Below, piece after piece: positions 34,329 through 43,310 of a stretch of 46,124 nucleotides of DNA. The stretch lies in assembly GCA_964357255.1 (NCBI GenBank), contig CAYHKQ010000004.1, forward strand, positions 1 to 46,124. Direction: 5' to 3'. The notes beneath the pieces are model-generated. The model was not told the DNA's origin. It saw only the letters and a list, made by a program, of their open reading frames with translations, and did not search any database. This DNA is from an uncultured Elusimicrobia bacterium. GTDB lineage: Bacteria > Elusimicrobiota > Elusimicrobia > JACQPE01. Position 1 is the first letter of the stretch. Each line of letters starts with the position of its first letter. Position numbers and translations under genes: made by a program.

Positions 34329-34373
34329 GGGTCAGAAAGTTCAAATTTGAACCTTTGACCCTTTTGAACCCTT
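34329..34373. repeat. Intercistronic hairpin plus the GGTTCAAAAGGGT-type motif between livK and livH
   Basis: GGGTCA (34329-34334) pairs with TGACCC (34356-34361), enclosing the perfect palindrome GTTCAAATTTGAAC (34339-34352). The 24-nt motif at 34347-34370 matches 1187-1210 at 22/24. Confidence 0.75.
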
Positions 34374-34379
34374 CGTCAT

Positions 34380-35507
34380 TTAGTTAACAATCTCAAAAGC
34401 GCCATTTTTTACACGGGTCATGGTGATAATCTTGTTCTTGGTGTCGCCCTTATCGTCAAACTCGGTCATGCCCAAGATTCCCTCGTAACGCGTTCCCCGA
34501 AGCTCATCGAGCAACTTGGCGCGGTCCGGTCCCGCCTTGGAGAGGGCGTCGAGCGCGATATTGGCCGCCTCATAACCAAAGTGATCAAAGGGCTTGACGT
34601 CCATACCGGAAAACTTAGCGTGGTATTTATCCAAAAATGATTTGGCGGAGGCCAGATGCTCGACCGGGATACCGGTAATCGAAAGATAGGCGCCCTCGGC
34701 GGCCTGGGCCGCCACCTTAAAAAGCTCATTGGTCTTGGAGCCATCGCCGGAAAAAAATACGGCTTTAAAATTAAGCTCTTTAGACTGTTTGACCATCAAA
34801 CCGAACTCCATATAAAGCCCGCCGAAATAAATTCCCTCGGGCTTCAAACTCTTGAGCCTGGTCAACAGGGCCTTAAAATCCCTGTCGCCGGTCGCGATGC
34901 CGTCAAAACTGAGCATAACGCCGTCGCGCGATAGAAACCGGTCGCGAAACTGCTCGGCCAGGCCTTGCCCATATGGAGTCTTATCATGCACAATGCAAAA
35001 TTTTTTCATCTTGAGCTTTTCAATGATAAAATCAGCGGCAAAGGAGCCCTGCACGTCATCCGTAGGCACCACGCGGAACACGGAACGGGGCAAGGTCCAA
35101 TTGGGCTCTAACTGTTGTTGCGTGAGCTTGGGGTTCGTCGAAGAAGGCGAAATCATGGGGATTCCCGCGCGCGCATACACCTGGGAAGCCGGGATGGAAC
35201 AGCCGGAATTGTAATGACCTATAACGGCCAAGACAGCGGGGTCTGAAACGATGATATTGGCCACGCTTACGGCCTCTTTGGGATCGGCGCGGTCATCGAA
35301 CGCGCGCACCTCGATTTTAAAAGGAAATTTTTTTAAGGCATTGGCCTCTTCCACGGCAAGCTCCACGGCGCGACGGATGCCCTGGCCTTCCGTGCCGATA
35401 TCCCCGGTCAAGGGAACGGCCACCGCCAGACGCACGACATCACTTTTCGCCGAGCAACCCGCTCCGAAAACTAGGGCTAACGCCGAGAAAAAAAGTAATT
35501 TGCGCAT
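34380..35507 (-). CDS. livK: Branched-chain amino acid ABC transporter substrate-binding lipoprotein
   Basis: Lipoprotein signal MRKLLFFSALALVFGAGC. The body is a type-I periplasmic binding fold (Peripla_BP_6-like). It is first in the liv cluster. Confidence 0.88.
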   Translation of the reverse strand: MRKLLFFSALALVFGAGCSAKSDVVRLAVAVPLTGDIGTEGQGIRRAVELAVEEANALKKFPFKIEVRAFDDRADPKEAVSVANIIVSDPAVLAVIGHYNSGCSIPASQVYARAGIPMISPSSTNPKLTQQQLEPNWTLPRSVFRVVPTDDVQGSFAADFIIEKLKMKKFCIVHDKTPYGQGLAEQFRDRFLSRDGVMLSFDGIATGDRDFKALLTRLKSLKPEGIYFGGLYMEFGLMVKQSKELNFKAVFFSGDGSKTNELFKVAAQAAEGAYLSITGIPVEHLASAKSFLDKYHAKFSGMDVKPFDHFGYEAANIALDALSKAGPDRAKLLDELRGTRYEGILGMTEFDDKGDTKNKIITMTRVKNGAFEIVN

Positions 35508-35535
35508 AACTGAATAAAATACTCTACTTAGAATT

Positions 35536-36435
35536 ATGCAAATTTATCTTGTTGTTCTCGCCATCGTCCTTTGCGTCGGCGCGCCGGCTTTGGCTTGGGC
35601 CTTTTTCCGGCGAGGCGGCGAGCGCGAACAAACGCCGCTCACCGGAATCCGCATTATGCCCTATCAAAGGGAAAATGAAAAAGAAATTCTCAAAATTGCG
35701 GGTAGCCTCGCTCGACACGGCCGCTCCGGCGCTATTGGAGCCGCCATCCTCAAGGCCGCCTCGGCCAACGACGTTGCGTCGGCAGACGTAAAGTATTTCC
35801 AGGAATTCCCCAACCTTGGGGCCGGAGCCGTTGTTGACGGCCGGGCCGTGGTGATGGGAAGCGCGCGGCTGATGGCCGAATGCTCCGTCGAACTGCCGCG
35901 CATCATGACGCGCGAAACCGCCGAGGAGGAGGCCCATGGGCGCCGCGTGGTCTATCTTGGATGGGAGGGCGAGGCGCGAGCCATGCTCATTTTTGAAAAA
36001 CGCTCCAAACGCCTAAACAGGCCGGCGGCCGCGGCGATTTTTATTCTTTTAGGGTCCCTGGCCACGACCGGTTGCAACCGCATCACGCCTGCTAGAACCA
36101 TCAAAGGAACCTTGACGCTGGAGGGCAGTCGCCACCAGCACCTAATCAACAAACCCAACGCCGTTTGTTACATGGTGATCAAGGACCGATGGGGAATCCC
36201 CGTCGCGATCCGTCGCTGGCTCAATCCAAAATTTCCCCTTTACTTTCGTATCACATCGGATGACCGGCTCGTGGCCTCGAGGCCCTGGCAGGGACCGTTC
36301 CAAGCGGAAGCCTATTTCTTTGAGTCGGACAATGCCGAGCGGGAGCTCCCGCCGCCTCCCGGCGCCGCCCGAGCGATCCACGAAAAAGCCGTGTATCCCT
36401 CGGTCACGGGCAATTTGGAGATGGTTCTTCAGTAG
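35536..36435 (+). CDS. Chimeric ORF: N-terminal TM, P1B-type ATPase nucleotide-binding-domain relic, then a lipoprotein-like C-terminal half
   Basis: Residues ~55-150 (ILKIAGSLARHGRSGAIGAAIL...FPNLGAGAVVDGRAVVMGSARLM...HGRRVVYLGWEGEARAMLIF) align by eye with the CopA-type N-domain, but no DKTGT, TGD or GDGxND motif is present. The in-frame ATG at 35983 opens a lipoprotein-type signal MLIFEKRSKRLNRPAAAAIFILLGSLATTGC. Confidence 0.55.
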   Translation: MQIYLVVLAIVLCVGAPALAWAFFRRGGEREQTPLTGIRIMPYQRENEKEILKIAGSLARHGRSGAIGAAILKAASANDVASADVKYFQEFPNLGAGAVVDGRAVVMGSARLMAECSVELPRIMTRETAEEEAHGRRVVYLGWEGEARAMLIFEKRSKRLNRPAAAAIFILLGSLATTGCNRITPARTIKGTLTLEGSRHQHLINKPNAVCYMVIKDRWGIPVAIRRWLNPKFPLYFRITSDDRLVASRPWQGPFQAEAYFFESDNAERELPPPPGAARAIHEKAVYPSVTGNLEMVLQ

Positions 36436-36479
36436 GACTTTTTTTCAAAAACCCGGCGCGTTTTCACTGTGCGCCTGAA

Positions 36480-37553
36480 TTATTCCGGAATCACCAATTG
36501 CCCACAGGCCCCGTTGATTTCCTGACCCAAATTCTTGCGAATCGTCACATGAATCCCGTGATCAAATAAATATCGTTTAAACTGAGCGGCAACCAGGCGT
36601 TCCGAGGAATGATGCGGCGTGCGCGTGGGATTCCAAATAATCAAATTGACATGAAGAAGATGAACGGGGCCCACGCGATGGATAAAACGAACCAGCTCCT
36701 GGGCATGGCGCAACTGATCGTTCTCCCCATCCAGGAGAACATACTCCAAAAAAACCTTCCTCTTATTCCTCGCGAAATAGCGCCGCAGGCTCTTGACCAG
36801 ATCCTCGATCGGATAGGCCTTATTGATGGGCATCAGCTGTGTTCTTAAAATATTGTTCGCCGAGTGAAGAGACAGGGCCAAATGAACCTGAGGGCATTCC
36901 TTGGAAAAACGCGCGATGCCGGGCACAACGCCGGCCGTGGACACCGCGATCGAGCGGCGCCCAAAACCGAAAAGCCCTGGGTCGCAAAGCCGTTCAATGC
37001 TTTTTTTGACCGCCTCGAAATTTAACATAGGCTCGCCCATGCCCATATAAACGACGTTGCTGATTTCCCCCCCACGCGCCCGACTCCGGACGCTCTGAGC
37101 GCTCACGGTCCCCGAGGCGCCCGAGGCGCTGCCGCGTAAAAATTGCCTCCACCATAAAACCTGGTCCGTAATTTCCTCCGCGCTCAAGTTACGCTTAAAT
37201 CCCATAAGCCCTGTGGCGCAAAAATTACATTTTAAGGCGCAACCGACTTGCGAGGATACACACACGCTCCAAAGGCCGGGCTTAGGGCTCATCAAAACCG
37301 TCTCGATCATTTGTCCGTCAGTCAGACGGAGCACGGCCTTATGAGAACTGCCGTTTGAGGTGGAAAGCGCTCGCTCCACCTTAAAGCTCAACATCGGCAA
37401 ACTATCGCTCAAGCGTTTTCTTAAGGCTCGAGGCAGGGTGGTAATTTCATCATAAGAAGAAACACCCGCGCACAATGCCCGAAGTATTTGGCGCACACGG
37501 AACTCCGGCTCCCCGCAATCCTTTAAAAATTCAGCGATGCGCCCCGGTTCCAT
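36480..37553 (-). CDS. rlmN: 23S rRNA/tRNA (adenine-C2)-methyltransferase RlmN (radical SAM)
   Basis: CALKCNFCATG radical-SAM cluster motif, MGMGEPMLN, and a C-terminal GACGQL. Confidence 0.9.
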   Translation of the reverse strand: MEPGRIAEFLKDCGEPEFRVRQILRALCAGVSSYDEITTLPRALRKRLSDSLPMLSFKVERALSTSNGSSHKAVLRLTDGQMIETVLMSPKPGLWSVCVSSQVGCALKCNFCATGLMGFKRNLSAEEITDQVLWWRQFLRGSASGASGTVSAQSVRSRARGGEISNVVYMGMGEPMLNFEAVKKSIERLCDPGLFGFGRRSIAVSTAGVVPGIARFSKECPQVHLALSLHSANNILRTQLMPINKAYPIEDLVKSLRRYFARNKRKVFLEYVLLDGENDQLRHAQELVRFIHRVGPVHLLHVNLIIWNPTRTPHHSSERLVAAQFKRYLFDHGIHVTIRKNLGQEINGACGQLVIPE

Positions 37554-37666
37554 TGTTTGATACTAGCAGATCAGGGCGAGATGGAATCTAAGGAGATAGG
37601 CAATAATCCTTTTCCGGAAAATCCCGATGATAAACGCCGCTATGCGGGTTAAACTATAAGGTTGCG

Positions 37667-39568
37667 ATGCGTAACACAAAATTCCTGCCGGCGATCTTGA
37701 CGATTTGGCTCTGGCCGCTTCAGACGCAGGCCGACGAGCCCGTCCTGGTGCGCCCTTTGGAAGGCGAAACGATCCCCATCGGCGCCGCCGGCATTATTGC
37801 CGCCGGCCACGTCGAGCCTGGAATCAAGTGGGTTTGGATCAACGGCATGAAGGTTCCGGTCTACTGGACAGGGTCCTTTTCCTCTTATGTGCCCTCCGAC
37901 GCGCTCGCTAAGAACAACTGGACCGTGACCCTGGCCACCACCGTTCGCGCCGCGGCGGCGGCCGCGCGAACGGTTCGGTTGGAACGTCCCAAAGCCATGA
38001 ATTTAAAAGAACGCATTACTTCAAGCCTCGAACCCAAAGCCTCATCCTTGGAAATCCTGCCCAGCGAATCCTTGGGGATTTCTTTTCAAGCCGCTCCCGG
38101 CGGCCGGGCGTGGTATCGAATCGCCTCCATCGCCGCCAAGTCGCCGATGAACGAAACCCTGCCGGGTTTTTATGAAGGCCGGTTCGCGCCGGCCCCGCAG
38201 GACACCTTCCGTCGTTCCAAAAGCGGAGAGCTGGAAATTTTTTTTGAAGGACAAGAATCCCTGCGGCTTAAAACCGGCAAAAATATCCGCGTCGCCCAGC
38301 CCGGCGCATGGCCCAAGGCCTTTGAAACGACGGCCACTAAAACAAAAATCCTATCGAGCCCGCAATCCGGCAATTATTGGTTCAGCGTCCCCTCGGGCAC
38401 GATTTTAAGCGCGGACGGAACAATCGGAAACTTCCATCGCGTTCGCCTGGGCGGCGCCTTAAAGGGTTGGGTCGCGGCCGACGAGCTCAAGGCCGAAAAA
38501 TACCTGAGCGCCGTTCCCAAGGTCATATCGGTGCGAGTCGTTGAAAGCACGGCTCCTGACAATGAAACCGTGCTTAAAATCTTATGGAATTCCAACGCCC
38601 AGCTTCCATTTCTGGTGGAAGAACAGGCTGAACGCGAACTCAAAATTCGCCTTTTTAATTGCCGGATTCATCTCAATTGGATTCCTTTTAAACCATCTGC
38701 GCAATCCTCCGTGGTAGAAGGAATCTCGTGGAACATCCCCATGGAAGACGAGGTGGATCTTAACGTGGCCTTGAGTCGGCCTCTGGGATGGGGTTACTGG
38801 TCGCAATCTTTCAAGGGCGGCCTTGCGATTCGCTTTAGAAAACACGGCAAGCGCCCATTGGCTAATCACAAAAATCGCGCGCCCCGCGCAGATGACAACA
38901 GCGCGTCTTCCGAGGAGCTTGTCGCCAAAAAAATCTCAGGCAAGCAAATGGCAAGCCCCTACCGTCTCTGGCTTGAAGGCTTGACGGTGGCGATTGATCC
39001 GGGCCACGGAGGCAGGGAATCCGGCGCCCTGGCCCCATCGGGCCATTTTGAACATGAGGCCAATCTGCGTTTGGCCAAGGAACTCGCGCGCCATCTTGAG
39101 AACCGAGGAGCCAAAACCGTGCTGACGCGCCAAAGCGCGGATGAGACCCTGTCTCTTGAAAAACGCGTCGAAATCGCCCGCGCCGTCAACCCGGATTTTT
39201 TCATCTCGATTCACTGCAACGATTTCGCCTCTTGGATCAATCCCTACGAAGGGGGCCCATGGGGGCACTCCGTGTATTACTATCGCCAGCTTTCAATCCC
39301 CCTGGCCCAACGAATAAAAAAAGCTCTGCGGGAACGGCGCAATTTAAGCCTGCCGGACAACGGGGTGTTATGGGGAGATCTTTATATCTTGCGGGAATTA
39401 ACCGTGCCCGCGGTATTGATTGAAGTGGGGTATCTCGTTTTTCCCTGGCAGGAGGAAATGCTGTTATGGGATAAAAATTTTTCCAGTAATTTTAGCGAAA
39501 CGGTCTCCCGGGCATTGGAAACCCATGCAAAAGAAATGGCTAATCCTCTTATCGGAGGAATGCGGTGA
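37667..39568 (+). CDS. N-acetylmuramoyl-L-alanine amidase (Amidase_3, AmiC-like) with a long N-terminal region
   Basis: Signal peptide present. The C-terminal domain is IDPGHGGRESGA...EHEANL...FISIHCN...VLIEVGY. An SH3b-like segment (FHRVRLGGALKGWVAADEL) lies in the middle. Confidence 0.82.
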   Translation: MRNTKFLPAILTIWLWPLQTQADEPVLVRPLEGETIPIGAAGIIAAGHVEPGIKWVWINGMKVPVYWTGSFSSYVPSDALAKNNWTVTLATTVRAAAAAARTVRLERPKAMNLKERITSSLEPKASSLEILPSESLGISFQAAPGGRAWYRIASIAAKSPMNETLPGFYEGRFAPAPQDTFRRSKSGELEIFFEGQESLRLKTGKNIRVAQPGAWPKAFETTATKTKILSSPQSGNYWFSVPSGTILSADGTIGNFHRVRLGGALKGWVAADELKAEKYLSAVPKVISVRVVESTAPDNETVLKILWNSNAQLPFLVEEQAERELKIRLFNCRIHLNWIPFKPSAQSSVVEGISWNIPMEDEVDLNVALSRPLGWGYWSQSFKGGLAIRFRKHGKRPLANHKNRAPRADDNSASSEELVAKKISGKQMASPYRLWLEGLTVAIDPGHGGRESGALAPSGHFEHEANLRLAKELARHLENRGAKTVLTRQSADETLSLEKRVEIARAVNPDFFISIHCNDFASWINPYEGGPWGHSVYYYRQLSIPLAQRIKKALRERRNLSLPDNGVLWGDLYILRELTVPAVLIEVGYLVFPWQEEMLLWDKNFSSNFSETVSRALETHAKEMANPLIGGMR

Positions 39569-39666
39569 CAAAAAGCAACGAGGCTAAAAAGGGATGTCCG
39601 CTATAAAAGCCTGAAAATATCAAGCCTTTTACGCTTGTTTCGCCTTTCTCGCTTCTGTCGCCTTCT

Positions 39667-40041
39667 TCATGCCTGCTCGCCGATCTCAACAACCGGCAAT
39701 TGCCCTTCTTCGCCCTCTCGAGGCAACAGCCAGAAATACATCACCTGGGACTTAGCCACGCCGAGCAACGACTGGCGTAGGATCAGCTTGGAACTGGCCA
39801 GATCATAAACAGAGGCATCGGCCACGGTTAAAATTCCCGTGCCGCCGCGATCCGCATACCAAAGGATGTCGGAGAGCCTTTTGCAATAATTCTGGGCTTC
39901 AGCCGGGATTTTAATGAATCCCTCAATGCGTTCAGAGCGAGTCCGTATCTCTACGCGCACGTCTTTTGTTTGCACGCCAAAGGCCGAGGTAGATTCCTCG
40001 TTGCCGGCGCTTCCACGCAATTGACTATCGGGGGTCGTCAT
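39667..40041 (-). CDS. Hypothetical 124-aa cytoplasmic protein
   Basis: An ORF with a strong RBS (GGGAGGTG) and a good upstream promoter. I recognise no motif. Confidence 0.55.
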   Translation of the reverse strand: MTTPDSQLRGSAGNEESTSAFGVQTKDVRVEIRTRSERIEGFIKIPAEAQNYCKRLSDILWYADRGGTGILTVADASVYDLASSKLILRQSLLGVAKSQVMYFWLLPREGEEGQLPVVEIGEQA

Positions 40042-40068
40042 AATTATTCATCACCTCCCAATCAGACA

Positions 40069-40098
40069 ATTGTAGCGAACATTATTCTAATTTGTCAA
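40069..40098 (-). promoter_or_regulatory. Sigma70-like promoter for 39667-40041
   Basis: On the minus strand: TTGACA (40098-40093), 18-nt spacer, TACAAT (40074-40069). GGGAGGTG then follows 10 nt before the ATG. Confidence 0.5.
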
Positions 40099-40107
40099 TA
40101 CCCCTCA

Positions 40108-40136
40108 AGTCTAAAGTCCCAAATTCAATTAGGCCC
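40108..40136. repeat. Copy of the GTCTAAAGTCC composite element
   Basis: AGTCTAAAGTCCCAAATTCAATTAGGCCC resembles 7879-7907 (AGTCTAAAGTCCCTAATTGAACTAGGTCT). It lies 10 nt upstream of the -35 hexamer above. Confidence 0.7.
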
Positions 40137-40162
40137 ACCCCTGCCTTCCTGGCCTCTGACCG

Positions 40163-40630
40163 CTAAAAAGAAAAAGTGGCGCCCATAACGGCGCTGAGGT
40201 TAAATCCGGCCGAGGGTGAAATGCGGACCAAAGGAATCAATCGGACAAAAAAACGGAATGGGGAATTATCAACTGTTATTTCCTGCCCAAGCACAATGCC
40301 CAGCCCAAGGCGCGTCTTGTCGTCAAAACGAGCATGAACCGCGGCGCCCAGATAGGAGTCGAGGGCAAGCCGCGCGTCCTTGGGTTTAACCAGACCCGGA
40401 AATTGATGAGCCCAACCCGCGTTCATGGCCAAATCCCCCGACCAAACGCCCAAATCGCTAAAAAGCCTATTGGAGCGGTCCACCTGAACATCCACGGCCA
40501 GACCGGTGGGAGCCCCCATCTCAACGCCAAAATGCCCGGCGGCTCGGTCCCCCGGCCCTTCGGCCAAAACGCAACCTTGCAAAAACCAAAATAACCCCAG
40601 CGCAGGCAAAAATCCGCGAACTTTTTTCAT
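40163..40630 (-). CDS. Small outer-membrane beta-barrel-like lipoprotein
   Basis: Signal plus lipobox (FLQGC), alternating beta-strand-like pattern, and a C-terminal aromatic residue (...GATFSF). The start overlaps the recN stop (ATGA). Confidence 0.6.
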   Translation of the reverse strand: MKKVRGFLPALGLFWFLQGCVLAEGPGDRAAGHFGVEMGAPTGLAVDVQVDRSNRLFSDLGVWSGDLAMNAGWAHQFPGLVKPKDARLALDSYLGAAVHARFDDKTRLGLGIVLGQEITVDNSPFRFFVRLIPLVRISPSAGFNLSAVMGATFSF

Positions 40631-42435
40631 GCCGCCTCCTTTTGTTCCAAGCCCAATAACTTCTCGACATAAGGCGCCAATGTCCGTTGCTCTTGAATTG
40701 TGGCGGCTCCCAATAGGCGCAAAATTTCCCCTCGGCGCTCCTCATTCGAGCGAAGGCCGCGAATCTCCGTGACGGTGCGGCCCTGGCGGACATTCTTCTG
40801 CAAAACAAAATGCGAATCAGCCGAAGAAGCCAACACCGGCGAATGGGTGATGAGAAAGATCTGATGAGCGCGGCCGAGCCGCTTGAGATAATCGCCGGTC
40901 AAAGCCGCGACCCGGGCTGAGAGACCTTGCTCGATCTCGTCGAGAACCAAGACTTGGCCCAAACCAGCCGGCTCCTTTGAATTGCCCCCCAGCAAAAGAT
41001 TCTTCAGGGCCAGGGCCGCGCGCGAAGCCTCGCCGCCGCTGGCAATGCGATGGGCCTGATGCCGGCCTTCCCCGGGATTGGGAGTAAACCAAAAAATCGC
41101 CTGATCAGCTCCGCGGTTGTTCCAAGACTCGCTCTGAACGGCCGCATCAGCGCCCTTTGCGCTCAAAGGACTGCCTGCTGGACTGCCTCCGGCGCCGCCG
41201 GCCCCGCGAGACCTGCGAACTACCTCGACCTCAAAAACCGCCTTTCCCAATCCCAGAAGTCTTAACTCCCGAGTCACGCGAGGACCCAACTCCCGGGCCG
41301 CGGCTTCGCGTCGGCGAGAAAGCCGTCCGGCTAATTGCTCGCAATGTTCGCGCTTTTGCTCCGCCTCGCGCGCAAGCCGTAATTCATCGTGGCCGAAATT
41401 TTCAAGGCGCTCCAAATCCACGGTCACGTTTTCAAGGCGATCGCGCAGTTCCCGATAATTCTCACATTGATGCTTAATCCGAAGCCGCTCAAGCCTGGCT
41501 TTATGGCCCAAGAGCTCCTCCACGCGAGCGCGTCCGGCTCCGAGAGATTCCCGAAGCGCCGCGCATTGACGGGCCGCCTCCGCCAAAAATCCCTGGCACT
41601 GCTCCAACGCTCCGGCCAACGGCTCAAAAACCTTGGCTCCGTCGGGCAAGGAGGCCAGCCGCGAGGCTATGCGCAAAGACTGGCCCACTAAAGCCTGGGC
41701 ATTCGCCTCAGAACCGGAAACCAACCCCTCAAGCTCATCTAATTGCCCCGCCAAGTTTTCCCTGTTAATCCAAAGCGGCAAATCGTTTTCAATCTGAAGC
41801 AGGGTTTCCTCCTCAAGCGCGGCTTCCTGCAATTCTTGTTTTTGAAACTGCAACAGACCCAGCCTGTCGCGCTTCTCTTGGACAAAGCGCCGGCGCTCCT
41901 CAAGATCGAGCGCGGCCGCCTGCCACAATTGATAGGCCCGGCCAAATTCCTCGGCATCGGATGCAAGCCCGGCCCAACGATCGAGATAATCTTGAACATA
42001 ACAATCGCCTAGAATCTCGGACGACTGGCCTTGCCCGTGAAATTCAACCGCGCACGCGGCCCATCTCTTGAGGCCGGCCCCGGTCACAGGAGCGCTACCC
42101 AGGAAAGCCCTTGTCTTGCCGGTCTTTGCGTCATAAAGGCGCCTGAGAATCAACGAGGAATCTTCCGTCTCGACGCCAAGCTCCTCGAGTATCGCGCCGG
42201 CCTCGGCGCGCGCTTCGCGCGCGAGCGTTACGCGGGCGCACACTTCCATCTGCGCCGCGCCGGGTCGCAGGAACTCCGCCGTGACGGTTTCGCCGAACAA
42301 AAACCTCAGCGCATCCATAAACATGGACTTACCGGCTCCGGTTTCCCCGGTCAAAACATTAATCCCCTTGCCCGGCTCGATAACGGCTTCTTCGATCAAG
42401 GCAAAATTACGGATGGAGATCTCTTCAATCAGCAT
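40627..42435 (-). CDS. recN: DNA repair protein RecN
   Basis: Walker A GETGAGKS, a long coiled-coil middle, and the C-terminal signature ASGGEASR plus LVLDEIE. Confidence 0.92.
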   Translation of the reverse strand: MLIEEISIRNFALIEEAVIEPGKGINVLTGETGAGKSMFMDALRFLFGETVTAEFLRPGAAQMEVCARVTLAREARAEAGAILEELGVETEDSSLILRRLYDAKTGKTRAFLGSAPVTGAGLKRWAACAVEFHGQGQSSEILGDCYVQDYLDRWAGLASDAEEFGRAYQLWQAAALDLEERRRFVQEKRDRLGLLQFQKQELQEAALEEETLLQIENDLPLWINRENLAGQLDELEGLVSGSEANAQALVGQSLRIASRLASLPDGAKVFEPLAGALEQCQGFLAEAARQCAALRESLGAGRARVEELLGHKARLERLRIKHQCENYRELRDRLENVTVDLERLENFGHDELRLAREAEQKREHCEQLAGRLSRRREAAARELGPRVTRELRLLGLGKAVFEVEVVRRSRGAGGAGGSPAGSPLSAKGADAAVQSESWNNRGADQAIFWFTPNPGEGRHQAHRIASGGEASRAALALKNLLLGGNSKEPAGLGQVLVLDEIEQGLSARVAALTGDYLKRLGRAHQIFLITHSPVLASSADSHFVLQKNVRQGRTVTEIRGLRSNEERRGEILRLLGAATIQEQRTLAPYVEKLLGLEQKEAA

Positions 42436-42442
42436 AAATTTT

Positions 42443-43303
42443 CTAATACGACGCCCAATGTAATTTCTCCCGCAGTAAATGAAAATAGCCGCGCTTGGGC
42501 GAGCGCAATAGGATCAAATTCTTGGGATAGGTTTCGATAATCACCGTATCCGCGCTCGTGATTTCCTCGGTAATCTGACCGTCCACAAAAACCATGGCAC
42601 GGCCAGGCTCGCCGTGATAAGGGCCGAGCGACAGACGCAACGCCTGATGAGCGCCGACCAACAGAGGCCTCTGGGTCAGCGTATGGGCGGCTAAGGGGAC
42701 CAGCACATAAGCGTTAATACAGGGCTCCACAATCGGCCCTCCGGCAGCCAATGCGTATGCCGTGGACCCGGTGGGAGTCGCTACAATCAAGCCATCGCCG
42801 CGCAAGTGCGCTAGATAACCCTGGCGTTCCAGGGCGATCTGAATTTCGAGCATGCGGGGCGATTTCTCCGTGCGGAGCACGCAGTCGTTAACGGCCAAAT
42901 GCCTGGAGCGAAGCGCCTCGGCGCGTTCAATGCGAAGAGATAAAACCAAACGGTCTTGAGTCGGCAACCGACCATCCAAGGCCATCTCCAGCGCGCCGGA
43001 CCAATCAGCCTGATCAGCGGCGGCCAAAAATCCAAGGCCGCCCAAATTAATCCCCATCAACGGAATCGCGTCGTCCACCACTTGGCGCGCCGCGGCCAGA
43101 AGGGTGCCGTCTCCTCCCAAGGATACCGCCAATCGAACGTCCGTCGGCCAGTGGATTTCATGACGGACATGCCTCGACGATTTGCCAAGGCCGCGCGCTT
43201 CGATCAAACGAAGCCTGTGTCCTTTCTTTTTCAGCAGGGCCCGCAGGCCCGGCAAAATTTTACGCACCAAGGGCTTGCGGGAGTTATAAAAAATGAGAAC
43301 CAT
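42443..43303 (-). CDS. nadK: NAD kinase
   Basis: GGDGTLL motif and a C-terminal TPTGSTAYALAAGGPI. Confidence 0.92.
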   Translation of the reverse strand: MVLIFYNSRKPLVRKILPGLRALLKKKGHRLRLIEARGLGKSSRHVRHEIHWPTDVRLAVSLGGDGTLLAAARQVVDDAIPLMGINLGGLGFLAAADQADWSGALEMALDGRLPTQDRLVLSLRIERAEALRSRHLAVNDCVLRTEKSPRMLEIQIALERQGYLAHLRGDGLIVATPTGSTAYALAAGGPIVEPCINAYVLVPLAAHTLTQRPLLVGAHQALRLSLGPYHGEPGRAMVFVDGQITEEITSADTVIIETYPKNLILLRSPKRGYFHLLREKLHWASY

Positions 43304-43310
43304 GTCAAAA

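Noticed and set aside
35536-36435. A functional heavy-metal P-type ATPase.
   Set aside because: It has only one TM helix, and no DKTGT, TGD, GDGxND or CPC motifs are visible. At 299 aa it is far too short.
36433-36445. TAGGACTTTTTTT at the end of the chimeric ORF as a further copy of the AGGACTTTAG family.
   Set aside because: Only the first 8 nt match and the second half-site is missing. It overlaps a stop codon followed by a T-run, so it is probably coincidental.
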